Shown piece after piece: positions 13,141-26,939 of a DNA stretch of 64,000 nucleotides (its first letter is position 1; each line of letters opens with the position of its first letter). A program made the translations under genes and the position numbers. This DNA comes from Eledone cirrhosa (taxonomy: Eukaryota). The notes under the pieces were generated by a model. The model was not told where the DNA came from, ran no database searches, and saw nothing but the letters and a program-made list of their open reading frames with translations. The stretch is taken from contig OZ024741.1 of NCBI GenBank assembly GCA_964016885.1, positions 305,164,001-305,228,000 on the forward strand, in the 5' to 3' direction.

Positions 13141-13171
<31 letters not shown>

Positions 13172-13209
13172 GTATGTATGTATATGTATGTATATATGTA
13201 TGTATATAT

Positions 13210-13435
13210 GTCAGGTCACCAGTTGGTGCTACTGGTAACATGTATCCCAGTACAATCTGTCCCATGGTCGGGTCGTTAGCGACTAAACTGGCAACCCCAC
13301 CAAGGTTTCTTGGTGAGGAGGGTGACTTTGGACATCCTGCAGGACTAAAAACAAAACCTGTCAAAGGGCAAAGGAGCTCTTAAGAGTCAATGGCCATCCA
13401 AAATCACCGGGAGAGATGACCCCTTAGCCTTTGTC
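13210..13435 (+). mobile_element. RTE-derived non-autonomous element, copy 3 (5' part only)
   Basis: Matches the first ~226 nt of copy 1. Confidence 0.85.
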
Positions 13436-13626
13436 CGCTTATCTTCATGTTGTATTTTAACCTGTATTTTTGATTTTTGATTGTACCTCTTAATATGAAT
13501 GTGATCTCGAAGTGTGTACTGCCACTCTAAATTCTTTAATGAATGTTGACCCACAATATTTGCATATGTATCGGTATGTCTCTTGGCTGAAAAGGAGGTC
13601 ATATAACTGTCCATGCATTAATAAAT

Positions 13627-13673
13627 TGCTCCGAAGAATCCAAACCTCGGTTTGGAGGAAACAGCTGTGAGCA
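13627..13673 (+). ncRNA. Degenerate minimal hammerhead-like motif
   Basis: TGCT-CCGAAGA-a TCCAAACC tc GGTTTGGA g-GAAA-CAGCTG-TG-AGCA; U4C core and a GUG site, so probably inactive. Confidence 0.5.
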
Positions 13674-14775
13674 CAATAATGTTTTGAACAGTTCTTTGAT
13701 TCTTATATTTCATATAACTGCTCTGTAAATCATCTGATGTTTTTACATTGAGCTACTTAACTTACTGGTAATAAGGTAGTAATACATTACTGCCTACCAC
13801 TATTTAGGGTGTGTATAAAAAATACTTATAACTGCAAAAGGTTTTGTATTTACATAACCATAAATAGTATAACTAATACTATATATATATATATATATAT
13901 TTGTTACTGAATTTAATTAAAGTTAGAAGCTCCGACATACATTTGTGGAGATGGAACAAAGTGGACAATGTCCACCCCAACCCCATCTCCAGGGTCTTGT
14001 ATGACCAAATTGTGAGACTATTGTTCATAGTCAAAATCGTATGTTAAAGCTTCTAAATTTAAATTAAATTTATCAAAATTGATACCCAACCAGCAGTTCT
14101 AAAATTAGATTGTTTATACGTTATGTGTGTGTCTACATTTTGACACACATGTTATATCAACACCCTTTATAAATTAGTTAGTAATGACATTGTTAGTTAT
14201 GACATAATGACATTGTTTATGTCACCCCATATATGATTCATGGCCGTAGTTGGCTTTAACTGTTTAGAATATGTATACCACATTCCAGCATATTGAAACA
14301 TTGATTAAAGATTTTTGCATCAGGAAGGGCCTCAAGCTCTAAAATGCCTAAAAAACAGATCTCATGATGAATATGAAGTTTATGATGGGGCCTACATGGC
14401 TAAACTCTACTTTTGCTGGTAAAATGACCTTAAATGACTTGTGTGTCTTCTCGGTATTGTACTGTGTAATGTCAGAAATGTAATGTTTGATTCCAATGTA
14501 TTCATGCTTTAACACTTTCATTCCATATCTCTAGTGAAAAATGTTGCCTATGGTTTTTATTTAATAACTTTGAAAATAAGAATGGGGGGGTTTAGTAATA
14601 TAAATAGCACTCATTATCAAACTGGTATTTAGAATATAACTTAATAAAGATGTTTTCATAAAATTATGTTGGAAGGTTTCTTTATACATATGAATACTTT
14701 AAAATTATAGTTTTGTATCATAGGGTTAAGTGAGTTAAGACTACCACTTTTTCTGATATTTCTTTTTATAGGAAA

Positions 14776-15961
14776 CTAGCTGCAGTATCTGGTAATACCC
14801 GGGAAAGGTGGGGTTATTTGCAGTTCCCAGAGTGCACCTGAAAATGCTAGCGACTCTGGGTGCCCATACTGGATTTTCAATAGCAACCTTTGCTAGGTGT
14901 GTTTATGGCAGATCGATTTTTTGTGTGGAACTATCAATAGCTCTTTAAGTCATAAGTCCTTCTTCCATCCAGCTTTCTTCATTCAGAGTGAATAAGCTGG
15001 GGAAGTTTGAGCTCGAAGAGTATTGAACTTATTCAACAAACTTATGTATAAGAATAGCAAACTTACTGCCTTAGCACTCAAGAACAAACACAGAACAATT
15101 CAGGAAGTCATCGCAATTATTGAAGAAATTATAACAGAGTGAACATATTCAGGTACCGTTCAAGCACCCTGTATATCACCGTTTGTAAAGCTCTTCAAAT
15201 GACTGAAGCAATTCAATAAAACCATCCCGTTTTCCCCCTATAGTAGACATAACCTGAGAAAAAACACCATAATAAGTTGGATAAACAATCAGAAGTGTTG
15301 GCCCTAAAGAGAGCCTTGTCACATTCACTGTTGCAAAGTGTCAATAATGGAGGACAAGTTACATCTTCTTAATTCATGTTAATCTTCCCACGATCTAACA
15401 TCTCAAAATATCGTCAACATATGATTTGGGTTTTATTCTTCAGGCTAATCTCATGTTAAGCCAACTTCCAGGTCATTGACCATCACACTTTTTTGTAACT
15501 TATCACCGATTTCTGCAGTTGACGTTAATGTGACCTAAGCATGTGTGCATGTTCAGAATCCATATCAGTGGATGTGATATATATATATATGTTTATACAG
15601 AGACATCTGTTCAGGCGTCAACCAAAATTAGATTGTCGTCTGCTTTGTTTGAAATTTCTTTATGTATATTTCTAAGTTGTTGCCTCATTTTGAAGGACTG
15701 CATTGTGGGAGGAGGGCGGGTTTAATATACAGTAGTAGTATCTCCTCTTCCCCCTCTCTCACTTAAACATCTTCTCTTTCCTCCTCCATTGTAAAGATGT
15801 CCTCAGCGATTCCATTATTGATTTTATTGAAATCCAATTAGCCAGTCCTGTTTCTGAATATTAGCTTAACATATGTGTAAAGTTTCATCAGGATCGGATC
15901 ACTGGTGTAGGCACCAACTGGCTATACACAGACAGACAGAAATTGCCATTTATATAGTAGA
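14776..15961 (-). mobile_element. Non-autonomous Helitron-like element
   Basis: The - strand begins A|TCTACTATATAAA..(TGTC)n and ends with a weak hairpin plus GCTAG|T, i.e. insertion between A and T. Confidence 0.6.
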
Positions 15962-16424
15962 TAATGTGTGTATGTTTTTCAGAGGGCTACAGCAATTTAA
16001 ATAGGACATTAAATGTTAAAAATAATGATATCACAGTTGTTGGAATGTTACTGTTAGCCCTTAATATTTCAGGATTTAAGATTTAAGGAAACTAACTTTG
16101 TGCGGAATATCTTGTGTTCTTATGCTGGTAATTTTGGATCTGAAAGTGATGATTTTTAAGAACAACAGAAGCTATCCTGTTCTGAGTAAATTTCCTTATC
16201 TCTTCTTTTGATGAAAGGATTTTATTCTGAGGACTAATTAAACACCTCCAAAGTAACATTCTAACAACTTTGTTGTCGTTATTTTTAACATTTAATGTCC
16301 TATTGTATTGCTGTAGCCCTTCGAAAAAAAAAACAATCTTTTCATAGTATTTTTGTCCTTAGCAGTGAATGCTAGTATGAATATTATCAGATTCCTGACA
16401 CTGCTGATCTTGTATCAAGTATGT

Positions 16425-17068
16425 GATCATCATCCGGCGGCCTCAGCCGAAATAGACTCAACAATTTATTTCCATGTGGGTCTGTTGTTCATTGCCATTG
16501 CCAAGTCCTGGATTTCAATACCAGAATCTCTGGAGATGACATCGGGATAGGAGAGCTTGCACCCCCTGTTATTAGTGACTGCTTGTGGTTTCCAAAGCAC
16601 TAATGGGGACACAGCCTCATATGTGGCACGATGGCAGTGGCCAGCAAATCTTACTTTCCTTTTACGTACAACAACAGATATGCGTGGGAGACCTGCATAT
16701 ATTTCTCCCAAAGTCAGATGTCGCCAGCTTATGTTGGCCTTCATCTCAACGAGGGTAAAACAGAATACATATCAAACTGTACAGGCAACAGCATCAAAGC
16801 AATCAATGGCAGTGATATCAAGCAAGTTGAAGATTTCACGTATCTTGTGTCCTGCATCATGGACTTTGAAAAGGATTTCACCACCAGAAAGGCCCAAGCA
16901 TGGTCAGCTTGCAACAAGATGGATCAGGTTTCCAACCACACCAAGATCAGACTTTTCCAGGTAACAATTCAACCAATCTTGTTATGTGGAAGTGAAACAT
17001 GGATGCTTTCATCCAAACAACGAAAGCACCTTGATGGCACTTACACTCGCCTGCTTCAACGCATTAAG
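16425..17068 (-). mobile_element. Old RTE fragment with an inverted 5' segment
   Basis: 3' end on the - strand (RFAGHCHR...LVLWKP); the upstream RT segment is on the + strand (VGLHLNEGKTEY...GSETW..DGTYTRLL). Confidence 0.8.
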
Positions 17069-17802
17069 TATGTGATAGTGAGCATCCATACAAAACTACT
17101 GTGGCTAGTATTCTATTAGCACCATTGATAAATCTTGAATATATCAATTTTTTAACTGATATTTTAAAAAGATGTTCTTTACTTTGTGATTTTTACAGTG
17201 AACTGAGATTTTAAAGCCATATCACTATACATTGTTAGCAATATTTAAATATGCCACACACACATTGTGGAAAAGTATTACCTGACTGTAAATGAATTAG
17301 AACATCAGATAGAATGCTTTGTGGTATTTGTTCCAACTCTCTGCTCTCAGAGGTCAACTTTACCTTTCATCCTTTTGAGATCAATAAAAACACACCAGAC
17401 CAATACTGGGGTCAATTCTCTCTCTCTCTCTCTCTCTCAAATCTACTGCATTCAGACCTGGAGAGAGATGGGCTCTACCCAGTTAAAAATGCCTAAGATA
17501 CACATGTCACTATGACACCCCTACAAATCTATCAGGAGTTAAGGGTCCATACATACATTACCTCCACTAAAAGATCCTTTGAGATTGTTGTCTCAATGTT
17601 ATTTCTCTGAAATAAGCATGAGGCTTAGTAGTTAGTGTTGGGCTCATGGTCATAAGATTGATTGCCAGACTGGGTGATATATTGTGTCCTTGAGAAAAGC
17701 ACAGTTATCTGCTAGAATAAATTAACTATGGAAAATAATAAATGAGAGAGATACCTGAAATTATTTCTGTCTTATTGGCATTTGTTCCTGCTTTTGTTTT
17801 AG

Positions 17803-17916
17803 TTTGATACGTTAATTATTGAAAGATGGCGTGAAGCAGTGCAAAAGGGATACTTTAAGTATGAGTTGAATTTAAAGACCAGCATTCTTCCAGGAAAACG
17901 GGGTTATATTGCCCAG
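17803..17916 (+). CDS. GDPGP1: GDPGP1 coding exon 2 (FDTLIIERWREAVQKGYFKYELNLKTSILPGKRGYIAQ)
   Basis: ttttag acceptor and CAG|GTAAGT donor; matches the family pattern FD....W......G.F.Y.L...T.ILPG..G..AQ. Confidence 0.93.
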
Positions 17917-18013
17917 GTAAGTGATTTCATCTAATTATTTATGGTCTGGAAATATACATTACACCATGCTCTGGAAATATATGTTATATGTGTTACATCT
18001 TAGACTGGAAGTA

Positions 18014-18437
18014 CAGTGTACCCATGGCATTCGCAGCCCCGTGGAAACCATCGCATATTGGCGGAATCGTAAATATATTCCAGGATTTTTTTCTATGGCT
18101 TTTTTCATGGCAATATATATATTTTTTTAATGCTAAATTATTAATAACAATATACTGTATTTGCCGGCCTATTGGACCCCGCTTCACATAAGACACTCCC
18201 TTTTTTAAAAATTATATTTTATGAGCAAGACATGGTCACCTGAACTGGCATTGCCCACAATAGGACAACCCGTCTAACCCATGCTAGTGTGGAAGAATGG
18301 ATGTAAAATGGTAATGATGATGATGTTATATTTTGACGTTTATAGGCATTTTTATGGACCACGTCCAATATTTGCGGTTTTTCACTCTTCGCGGGTGCTC
18401 TATGAACGTGACCCTCGCGAATACCAGGGGACAACTG
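18014..18437. mobile_element. Tc1/mariner-pogo-type MITE with a nested SINE tail
   Basis: TA|CAGTGTACCCATGGCATTCGC ... GCGAATACCAGGGGACAACTG|TA: imperfect TIRs with TA TSD. Confidence 0.65.
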
Positions 18438-19304
18438 TATATGTTACACAGTCAAGGGCGGTGCCCCAGCATGGCCTCAGCCGGATGGCTGAAACAGGTA
18501 AAAGAGTAAAAGAGAGTCTGGTCAAAAATATGAAAGTCTCCCTAGTGTTGGTGCCTTGATAAAATGTACTCTGTATACTCTGTAAAGGGTTTGGCTTTAG
18601 GAAGGACATCAGTTGTAGAAACCATGCAAAAACTGGAATGTATGTAAATTAGACATGCCCCCCCCCCACTCCTACTATGACATCTGTCTTTATAGCCATA
18701 AATGGTGCTAGCCCAGGAAGTCTCAAGATGTTGATGTAAGACATGGGCCCCAGCCCATCTGTGAGAACTAATTCCAATTAAGTACTGAGTTGATCTGTTC
18801 CCAAATCAACATGGGAAAAACAAAAGTAAAATGATGATGATGATAATGATAACATTTATCTACTCTTGGGTCTCGATTACCCCCACCCCATCCCCGCTTA
18901 TTAATATTTCAGATTTATCCCCCCCCCCCCCCCAATCTTATTAAATTTGTTAGTCTATCTCCGGCGAAATTTTATTTTAAGAAGTAACATTCCTGCAATA
19001 ATTTTTTTTAGACATTAAACAACATTATACATGACAAAAAGTATATTACTAGAAATCCCATATGTTATAAAATAAATAAGATGGGTTGGAGTCTCAATTT
19101 ATAAACTAAACAACTAATTCTTGTTTTTAAAAAAATCAAGGGAGACAACCTAGAAAAATTACCGATTTACCCCCTCACTTACCTCCACCCCCACCCGCGC
19201 CACTTATTTACCCCCCCCCCCATTATTTGGGATTCAAGAGTGCATGTTATTTTATCAACTTTATCTTTATGTAATCATAATTGTGCTTTATTTCTTTTTT
19301 CAAG

Positions 19305-19466
19305 TTAAATCCTCTTAGATTTCTTGAGAGAAGGAAACCTCAACACATTTTAAGTGTTAATCAAGAATTTGATCCAAACTGTTTCAACTTCAATAAGATT
19401 CATGATAGAGAAGTCTTGCTGTTACCAGTTGGATCACACTGGAAGGATCATGGTCAACAGAATAAT
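19305..19466 (+). CDS. GDPGP1: GDPGP1 coding exon 3 ([39 protein letters not shown]...QQNN)
   Basis: tttcaag acceptor and GTAAGA donor; conserved LN..R...RR.PQ...SV.Q.FDP..FNFNKI...EVL. Confidence 0.95.
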
Positions 19467-19740
19467 GTAAGAAATGCAATATTTTGCTTTGTTTTCTTTC
19501 TTTGTAGTGGCTTGCTTGTGAGTATCCAGTTTAGAATAAGTACACTGTATTCCTGCACATAAGAAATGACTATAAAAGGTTAGTGTTAGAAAGACCATCC
19601 AGCTGTAAAACATTGCTTCAAAACGTCTGATCCAGCCAGCTTCAAATGTCCCAACCAGTTCATACCAGCATGGAAAAGTCAATGCAAAAACGATGATGAT
19701 GAATGTGCGCATATTTGCATATGCATGTACACACACACAT

Positions 19741-19935
19741 CAGACCTGTCAACTCTCCCCGTCTGATGGGGAGACCTCCCACCCACTTTGGGGTGGGTGA
19801 GCGATGTCTTTTCTTGTGAAAATTAGTATAGCTTTCATTACGTAAAATCTCCCCATTTTGCCTAATTTCTCTCCATTTGGGGGCACTTTTTTTCATGGTA
19901 CTCTCCATTTGGGTTTTTAGAGGTTGGCAGGTCTG
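19741..19935. mobile_element. MITE (195 bp)
   Basis: TIRs CAGACCTGTCAAC / GTTGGCAGGTCTG flanked by ACACAT on both sides. Confidence 0.65.
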
Positions 19936-20116
19936 ACACATACACACACTCACACTATAACATCTGTCTTTATATCCAGAAGTGTGCACATAAATGGTGC
20001 TCGCCCAGGAAGACTCAAGCTATTGTGAGACATGACCCACAGCCTATCTGAGAGGATGTTGTCGCTTTTACATTAATATGTATACTTGAGCCATAACAAG
20101 GAACTACAATATATTT

Positions 20117-20222
20117 AACATGTTATGGGTAGAATTAGCATGTTGTGGGTGGAGTTAGCATGTTTTAGGTGGAGTTGGGATGCTGTGGGGGGAGTTAGCA
20201 TGCTGTGGGTGGAGTTACCATG
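20117..20222 (+). repeat. 20-bp minisatellite, about 5 copies
   Basis: ggagttagcatgttgtgggt units. Confidence 0.8.
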
Positions 20223-20659
20223 TATTGACTGATTTTTACACATTTAAACATTTCTATGAAATGTTGGAATACATTGTTAGTGGCAAATGGCTTAAGATGT
20301 ACCAGCTCTCTGCCATGAGCTCTCATGATGAGGAAGATATACACCAATATGAAAAGAGCAAGATGAAACTCCCTAGACACTAACAACACATTAATGGATG
20401 ATGCACCTACACAGGCAACCAGAGAAATACAACTATACCGTCCATGTATCCTTATGTTTGTGGAACCTATGGAAGTGGTGGTATTTCATTGTCATAAACA
20501 TGATACCCTGATTGCCACAATGAAGAGGTCATCTATCTGTTGGAATTCCAAGAAGTTTGAGACTTGACATACACTGGAAGAAAAAAAATAAGTACAAAAT
20601 GTGTCATAAAATTTTATAGCGACAAATACTTTTGTGACATGAATCTAAAGTCTAAAGTC

Positions 20660-20885
20660 TGTCTCAAGCCAGTGTTTATCTCAGTTTCCTGGCATGAAGC
20701 AACTGAGAGTACAAGACTTACCCCTGGACAGGATGCCAGTCCATTGCGGGTACTCGTTTTCAGCAGAGTATACTGGAACAACTTGAAATGAAGTGTTTTG
20801 CAACACAAAACCCAGCCCAGGAATCAACCCCACGACATTATGATCATAAGTACAACACCTTTACCTCTAAGCCATGTGCCTCCAC
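20660..20885 (-). mobile_element. Decayed tRNA-SINE
   Basis: Reverse complement of the gaggcacatggctt head plus sequence shared with 30380-30640. Confidence 0.6.
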
Positions 20886-21542
20886 TAGTGACATGAGTGG
20901 CACTCTCTAAATGTTTGAAGCTTAAAAACCAGCAATAAGCAAAATGAAAAGTAGCAAGACGTAAGAAGTAAAAGTATCTTTTTGTTAGGTGTATTTACAT
21001 ACACACGTAAATACACCTATAGCCAGGGCTGGAGCTACCATTAGGACCACCTAGGTATCCACCTAGGGCACAGACCTTACAGAGGAAGATCAATGAACCT
21101 TAAAGGATCACAGTTTTATATATTTAAACTAAATATATAATAATTTCCTGTGATCAGTAAATGAATCACTAAACATCTTTTCCATGTAACTGTGTTGTGG
21201 AAATATCCAAAAATGTTAGTTATGTCTATATTTGATCACCAACCAGAGTGTACTGGGTGTATTTTATCATGGCCATCAGTACTTAGGTAGTCATGTCTTC
21301 AATAAAACTACTGAGTCTTTTCTAACGTACCCTATCTCCATTTGAGTGTACTCAGTATATTTTATCATAGCACCAAGACTAGATAGTTTGTCATGTCCTT
21401 GACAAGACTAAAGAGTTCCCTCTATCCCTAGTTATGTGTGTTTGTCAACCAATTTACAAAGTATACTGAGTACATTTTATTCTGGCACTAGAATAATCAT
21501 TTATGACATATTGATTTCATTTTGTCGTTATTTTATTTTCAG

Positions 21543-21629
21543 CTGAATAATAAAATAATCATCAATGTAAGTCCTTTGGAGTTTGGTCATTGTTTAATTC
21601 TTCCTGAAATAAATAAGTGTCTTCCACAG
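21543..21629 (+). CDS. GDPGP1: GDPGP1 coding exon 4 (LNNKIIINVSPLEFGHCLILPEINKCLPQ)
   Basis: ttttcag acceptor and CAG|GTAAGA donor; INVSPLE.GH motif of VTC2/GDPGP1. Confidence 0.95.
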
Positions 21630-23727
21630 GTAAGATAAATTGGCATCTTTTCTTTGATTTTCTTTATTTTTCTACAGGGGAGATGATAGAACTGGTAGCT
21701 ATTATCATGAACCTTCAGCACGCTCTTGGTGCCTTATGTCACCAATAGAGTAATCTTCCCTTATACATAATGCAGTGTCAAGGGAAGCAATTCATAAAAA
21801 ATTCAGCATGCTAAAGGTTACAGCACTCAAGAAACATCTGATAAGATACTATCTTGTGTGAGGCCAGCTAAACTTACACATATGTGAGTCATAACAGTAA
21901 CAACCAAGGTCTCCAAGAGAAATTTTCTATAGTAATACAAGACTACGTTTAGGCTCATGTTGGGAAAAGCTCCTCTCCAAATTCAAGGCAGTTGAGAGTT
22001 TATTAAGAGGAAATTGATATGTAAGATATTCAGAGGCACCCTCATTGACCCATTGGACTCCAGACAAATGTACTGACTGAAATGCCCTGGCAACAACAAT
22101 ATAGGGGTGATATCAAGGTAGAATTTAAACTCAAAATTGGCACAGTTGTGTGATTAAGGAGTTTGCTTAGCAACCATGTAGATTTTAGTTCAGTTCCACT
22201 ATGTGGTACCTTGAGCAAGTGTCTTTTGCTATAACTTCAAATTGACTAATGCCTTGTGAGTGAAATTTGGTAGATGGAAACTGAGTGGAAGTCCATCATA
22301 CATATGTATATATATATATATAATTTAATAAATGGTAATTAGGCATACACTTTCATAGAACACTTAAGTTTTGTGGTGTTAGTAGGTGAATTTCATTATT
22401 GGAAGTATCCACACACATATATATATATATATAGATATATATATACTATCAATCATCAGTTCTTTGAAAATTTTTGGAGTCCAGGATTGCTATGCCATGT
22501 ATAACAAGATTACTGCATATATGAACAATTATGCAAACTGAGAAATTTATGTTGCCCTCTAGTTTATGTTGATTACTGTCACATGGAAGTGATTAAAGAT
22601 AAGAATAATATTTTAATATATAGCAGGAAAATAATATTATGCCAACATGGCATAATATTAATTATAAAGTTTATTTATGCCGTGTTGGCATATATCCATG
22701 CGCGGCTTACGATTGGCCTAACTTACCCAAATCACGCACACATAGCTTATTAATACGCCAAAAGCAAGTAGCTTCACTACAAATAATTTACTTCTAAGAT
22801 ATGATTACATAAATGTTTAGTATGTATGTACAAATGATGTACAGTATTAAATGTATGAATAACTTTGGAGAAATAACTATTTATTTGAAACAAATGTAGG
22901 GTTAAAACTCACACTTAAAATTTTTGAGGTTGATAAAATTAAGTACCAGTCATGACATAATCCTCTATTCCCACTCCCACCTCACAAATTGCTGGCTTTA
23001 TGCCTAAATTAGTAACCATTATTTTCTTTCTTTCATAATATATACTGTAAGTTGCTCTACCATATATACTTACCTTGAAAACAAGTGTGTTGTGTGTATT
23101 TAACTTTTTTTGGTTATGATAATGAGTATTCCAGTTGTTTAGTCAATGGAACAGCCTGCTTGTGAAATTAACATATAAGTAGCTGAACATTCCACGGACA
23201 CGTGGACCTTTAATATAATTATCAGGGAGATTCTGTGTGACTTAGTGTGTGACGAGGGTGACCTTTTGAATTACAGGTACAGTCCATCTGATGGGCTTCT
23301 AACAAAGCTCTGTTCCATTTTCATTGCTGATACTATCAGTCTGGTTTTTCTAGTAATAAGAGGTGGGATTTGAACTCGGGAACTCACGGAGCCAGAACAG
23401 ATACTGCATGGCATTCCTATGACACTTTAACAATTCTGCAAATCCACCATTTCTGGACTGCTACTTTATTTATTGACCCTGAAATGTCACTGACAAGACA
23501 TTAGTCAACTTAAAGTGCCACACAGTGGGGGCTGAACTTGAAACCACATGGTTGCAAATGAAATTCCTTAACCATACAGTCATGCTTGTGCTTTTGTCAC
23601 AAAAGCAAAGAAAATTATTCCAACAGGTTTCAGTGATTATAAAGCAGTGCATGCAATATTTTCTTTGTGAAAACAAACCCTTTTAAAATAGAAAATATGA
23701 ATCATAATACATTGTATTGTTTTACAG

Positions 23728-23786
23728 GCTGTCACATCATTTGGACTACAACTGGCTGTAGAATTGCTTCTTCTTAGTAAACATCC
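23728..23786 (+). CDS. GDPGP1: GDPGP1 coding exon 5 (AVTSFGLQLAVELLLLSKHP)
   Basis: tttacag acceptor and GTGAGT donor (phase 2); matches E..LLS.HP. Confidence 0.9.
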
Positions 23787-24233
23787 GTGAGTATCCATCA
23801 GTTTTTTTTATCACTAGTCATCTGTTTAAATCATGTTTGTGAATGTGAAGGTGCATGGCTTAGTTGTTGGGTGTTTGGCTCATAATCTTAATGTCATGAG
23901 TTTAATTCTCTGCAATGTGTGGTATCCTTCAGCAAGAAACTCTATTTTATATTGCTCCAGTCCACTCAACTGATGAAAATGAGTTGTGCCTTAATTCAAA
24001 TGGCTATTCTTGCCACACATTGTGTCATGCTGAATTGTTGTGTTTATGGAATGCTCAGCCACTTACACTTTAGTTTCACAAGAAGGGTGTCATGTTTGTG
24101 AATCGTGAATTTCAAGAAAAAATTACAAGGAAAATTTATGGACTCCCCTTTAATACATAATGGTCATGAAATCTTCATTGACTTTAAATGGAATATTTTG
24201 TCACAAAAAATAAATCAGATACAGCTGCATTAA

Positions 24234-24658
24234 CCCTTTAGCATTTACATTACTCTATATTTACTGTTGTATTTTCACAGTAAAGGCTTTACCTTACATA
24301 AATATCTCACATGATATTGAATCTATGAGATTTTGATATTATTTATTTTGAGAATGGCCAGTGGATTGGCAGTATCGGTAGAGGGTCGGACGCCATGCTT
24401 TGACGCATAGAGTTACGGCCCTTGCCATTCTGAGTTCAAATCCGCCGAGGTTAACTTTGCCTTTCATCCTTATGGGGTCGATAAAATAAAGTACCAGTAA
24501 TACACTGGATAATTGCTGGCCTTGTGCCAAAAGTAGAAACAATTATTTATTTTGAGAACAATACCTTAACATCAGTTTGAGCAGCCAGTTACAGCTGGTT
24601 TGAACAGAAAGAGGTGAAAGATTTCTGGCCAGATATGGTCGGTTTAAATGCTAAAGGG
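24234..24658. mobile_element. piggyBac-like MITE containing a nested SINE
   Basis: TTAA|CCCTTTAGCATTTA ... TAAATGCTAAAGGG|TTAA. Confidence 0.75.
24355..24541 (+). mobile_element. tRNA-SINE (second family) with a 17-bp TSD
   Basis: B box gagttcaaatcc; TSD attatttattttgagaa at 24338-24354 and 24542-24558. Confidence 0.8.
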
Positions 24659-25688
24659 TTAAACATTATTAGTTCACAGTTAGTAGGATAGGAGAGAGAA
24701 CTCCTACCCAGCAGTTCCCCAGGTAGCAGATAAAGCAATGACCTTTATATACGTGGGTTAGTGGTGAATATAAAAATAAGCCATTATGAATCAAATACGA
24801 GTGGCCCTTTGGCAAAGCATAACTCTTGCTCTGATCAATCGACAAAATCCCAGTCCTCATTCGCTTGCTCAGTGGGGTGGACCTTGTCAAATCGGACCAA
24901 GGAAACAATGTTTCCATTGGTCTTTCCATTGCTTATACTATCTACTGGTCATAACTCTTGGCAGAAAGAGCAACACAAAGTAAAGTGTTTTGCATCACCC
25001 GGTCCGAGAATTGAACTCACAACCTCACGATTGCGAATCCAACTCTCTAACCACTAAACCACATGCCTTCACATAAGCATAGCACTTGTTATGTAACTTT
25101 ACTCTACTCTTATTATTTGCCCCCCCCCCCCCCCCAAAAAAAAATTAAAAAAATAAAACAACAAAATTTTGTATTTTAATATCTGATACTAATTACTTAG
25201 AATTATTTTCTTAAGATCAATGCCATAACCCGTTGCTCAGGTATTTAATAGCAGTCATGTGTATGTATGTATATGTATGTGTATATGTGTATATATGCGT
25301 GTATTTGTATATAAATATATATATGTGTATATATATATATGTATGTATGTGTATGTGTGTTATATGTATATATGCATATGTATATGTACATGTGTATTTA
25401 TCTGTATGTATGTGTGTGTATATTCATATATTATATATACACATATTTGTATGTGTTTTTAGGCGTATATGCATGCACATGTGTGTGTATATGTGTATAT
25501 ATATGCGTGTAGGTACATGTACGTGTGCGCCTGTTTATGTTTGTATATGTATGGTGTGCGTATACGCGTATGCACGTGTATATACGTGTATATATCTGTA
25601 TGTGTATATATGTATGTATATGAGTGTATTGTATGTGTATGTAGGTGTATGTATGTATATATGTATATATATGTGTGTGTGTGTGTGT

Positions 25689-26369
25689 CATCATCATCAT
25701 CATCATCAACGTTTAACGTCCGTGTTCCACGCTTGCATGGGTTTGGACGGGGGTTTTCCCACTTGAGGCAAGAGTGATTGTCTTGCTCGCATAGGACTGT
25801 CTGGCAGGTTTTCTACAACTGGATGCCCTTCCTAACACCAACCACATTTACAGTGTGGGTCTGGGAAGTTTTTACCGTGTTGCCTACACGGCCACATTAC
25901 AGCGTGGACTGTGTGTTTTTTTGTCGTGACACCTACACGATCTCATTTGTTTCGGCCTGGATGGTGTGGCACCAACATAACTTTATATAGAACGGGGGCG
26001 GTGTGGATGGGGTGGGGGTGGTGGGACGGGGGTGTATTTTGTTAGAGATGCCTACTGACTGTAGTAGGTTTTACTTTATATTTAGGTAAGGCGGGTCTTC
26101 TCTATTACTGAGTACCGCCAAAGGTCTCGGTCCAGTGACATTGTCTTGGTGAGGTGTAAGTGTGTGAGGTCGGAGTTTATCAGCTCGTCCCAGGTTTTTC
26201 TGGGTCTGCCTATTCCGTGGCTACTGTCTATCTTTATTGCCCTGCACTTTGTTATACAGCTATCGTCCTTCATGCGCATCACGTGACCATACCAACGTAG
26301 CCTTCTCTCTAGTAAACAACATCTGATCCCTCTTATTTCTAATTTTTTTTTTTTTTTTTTTCTTAGTTC

Positions 26370-26375
<6 letters not shown>
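25689..26375 (-). mobile_element. RTE family A 3' fragment
   Basis: [15 protein letters not shown]...GRPRKTW plus the 3' UTR. Confidence 0.9.
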
Positions 26376-26413
<38 letters not shown>

Positions 26414-26939
26414 ATGTATGTATGGGTATATATATGTGTATGTATATGTGTGTATGGGTATATATATGTGTATATATATGCATGTATGTGTATGGGTGTG
26501 TGTATATGTATGTATATTATATATATATATAAGTATATTTATGTGTGCATATGTATATGTATGCGTCGGCGCATACTTATGCACTGGCCTAAATCTTAAC
26601 TATTATTTACTTTTACCATTTTAATAACCTCTGTCATTTCCGTTTAACAACTTTATTTACATTATTCTTAAACTCCAGGGCCGAGAATCATCTGGTTATT
26701 CTAAATAGAATATTAGATATCCATTTTGACTTTTTCAGCAATTAAGCTTTTTCTGGTACAACCGATGTCTTATGAAATGCACCCTTTATACTAAACATCT
26801 GTGCATCACGTGCTATGCCAGTGAAAAATTGATAAACCTGTGTGGGGAAAAATTGATAAACCCGTGTGGACCAAGCAGTAAACCATGCAATTGAGGTGGC
26901 CATTTGAGTTGATTTTCCACTGCTGGGGGCTACAGTAGG

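Noticed and set aside
20180-20383. 67-aa ORF with protein-like composition
   Set aside because: No recognisable motif or splice context, and not needed in the GDPGP1 frame.
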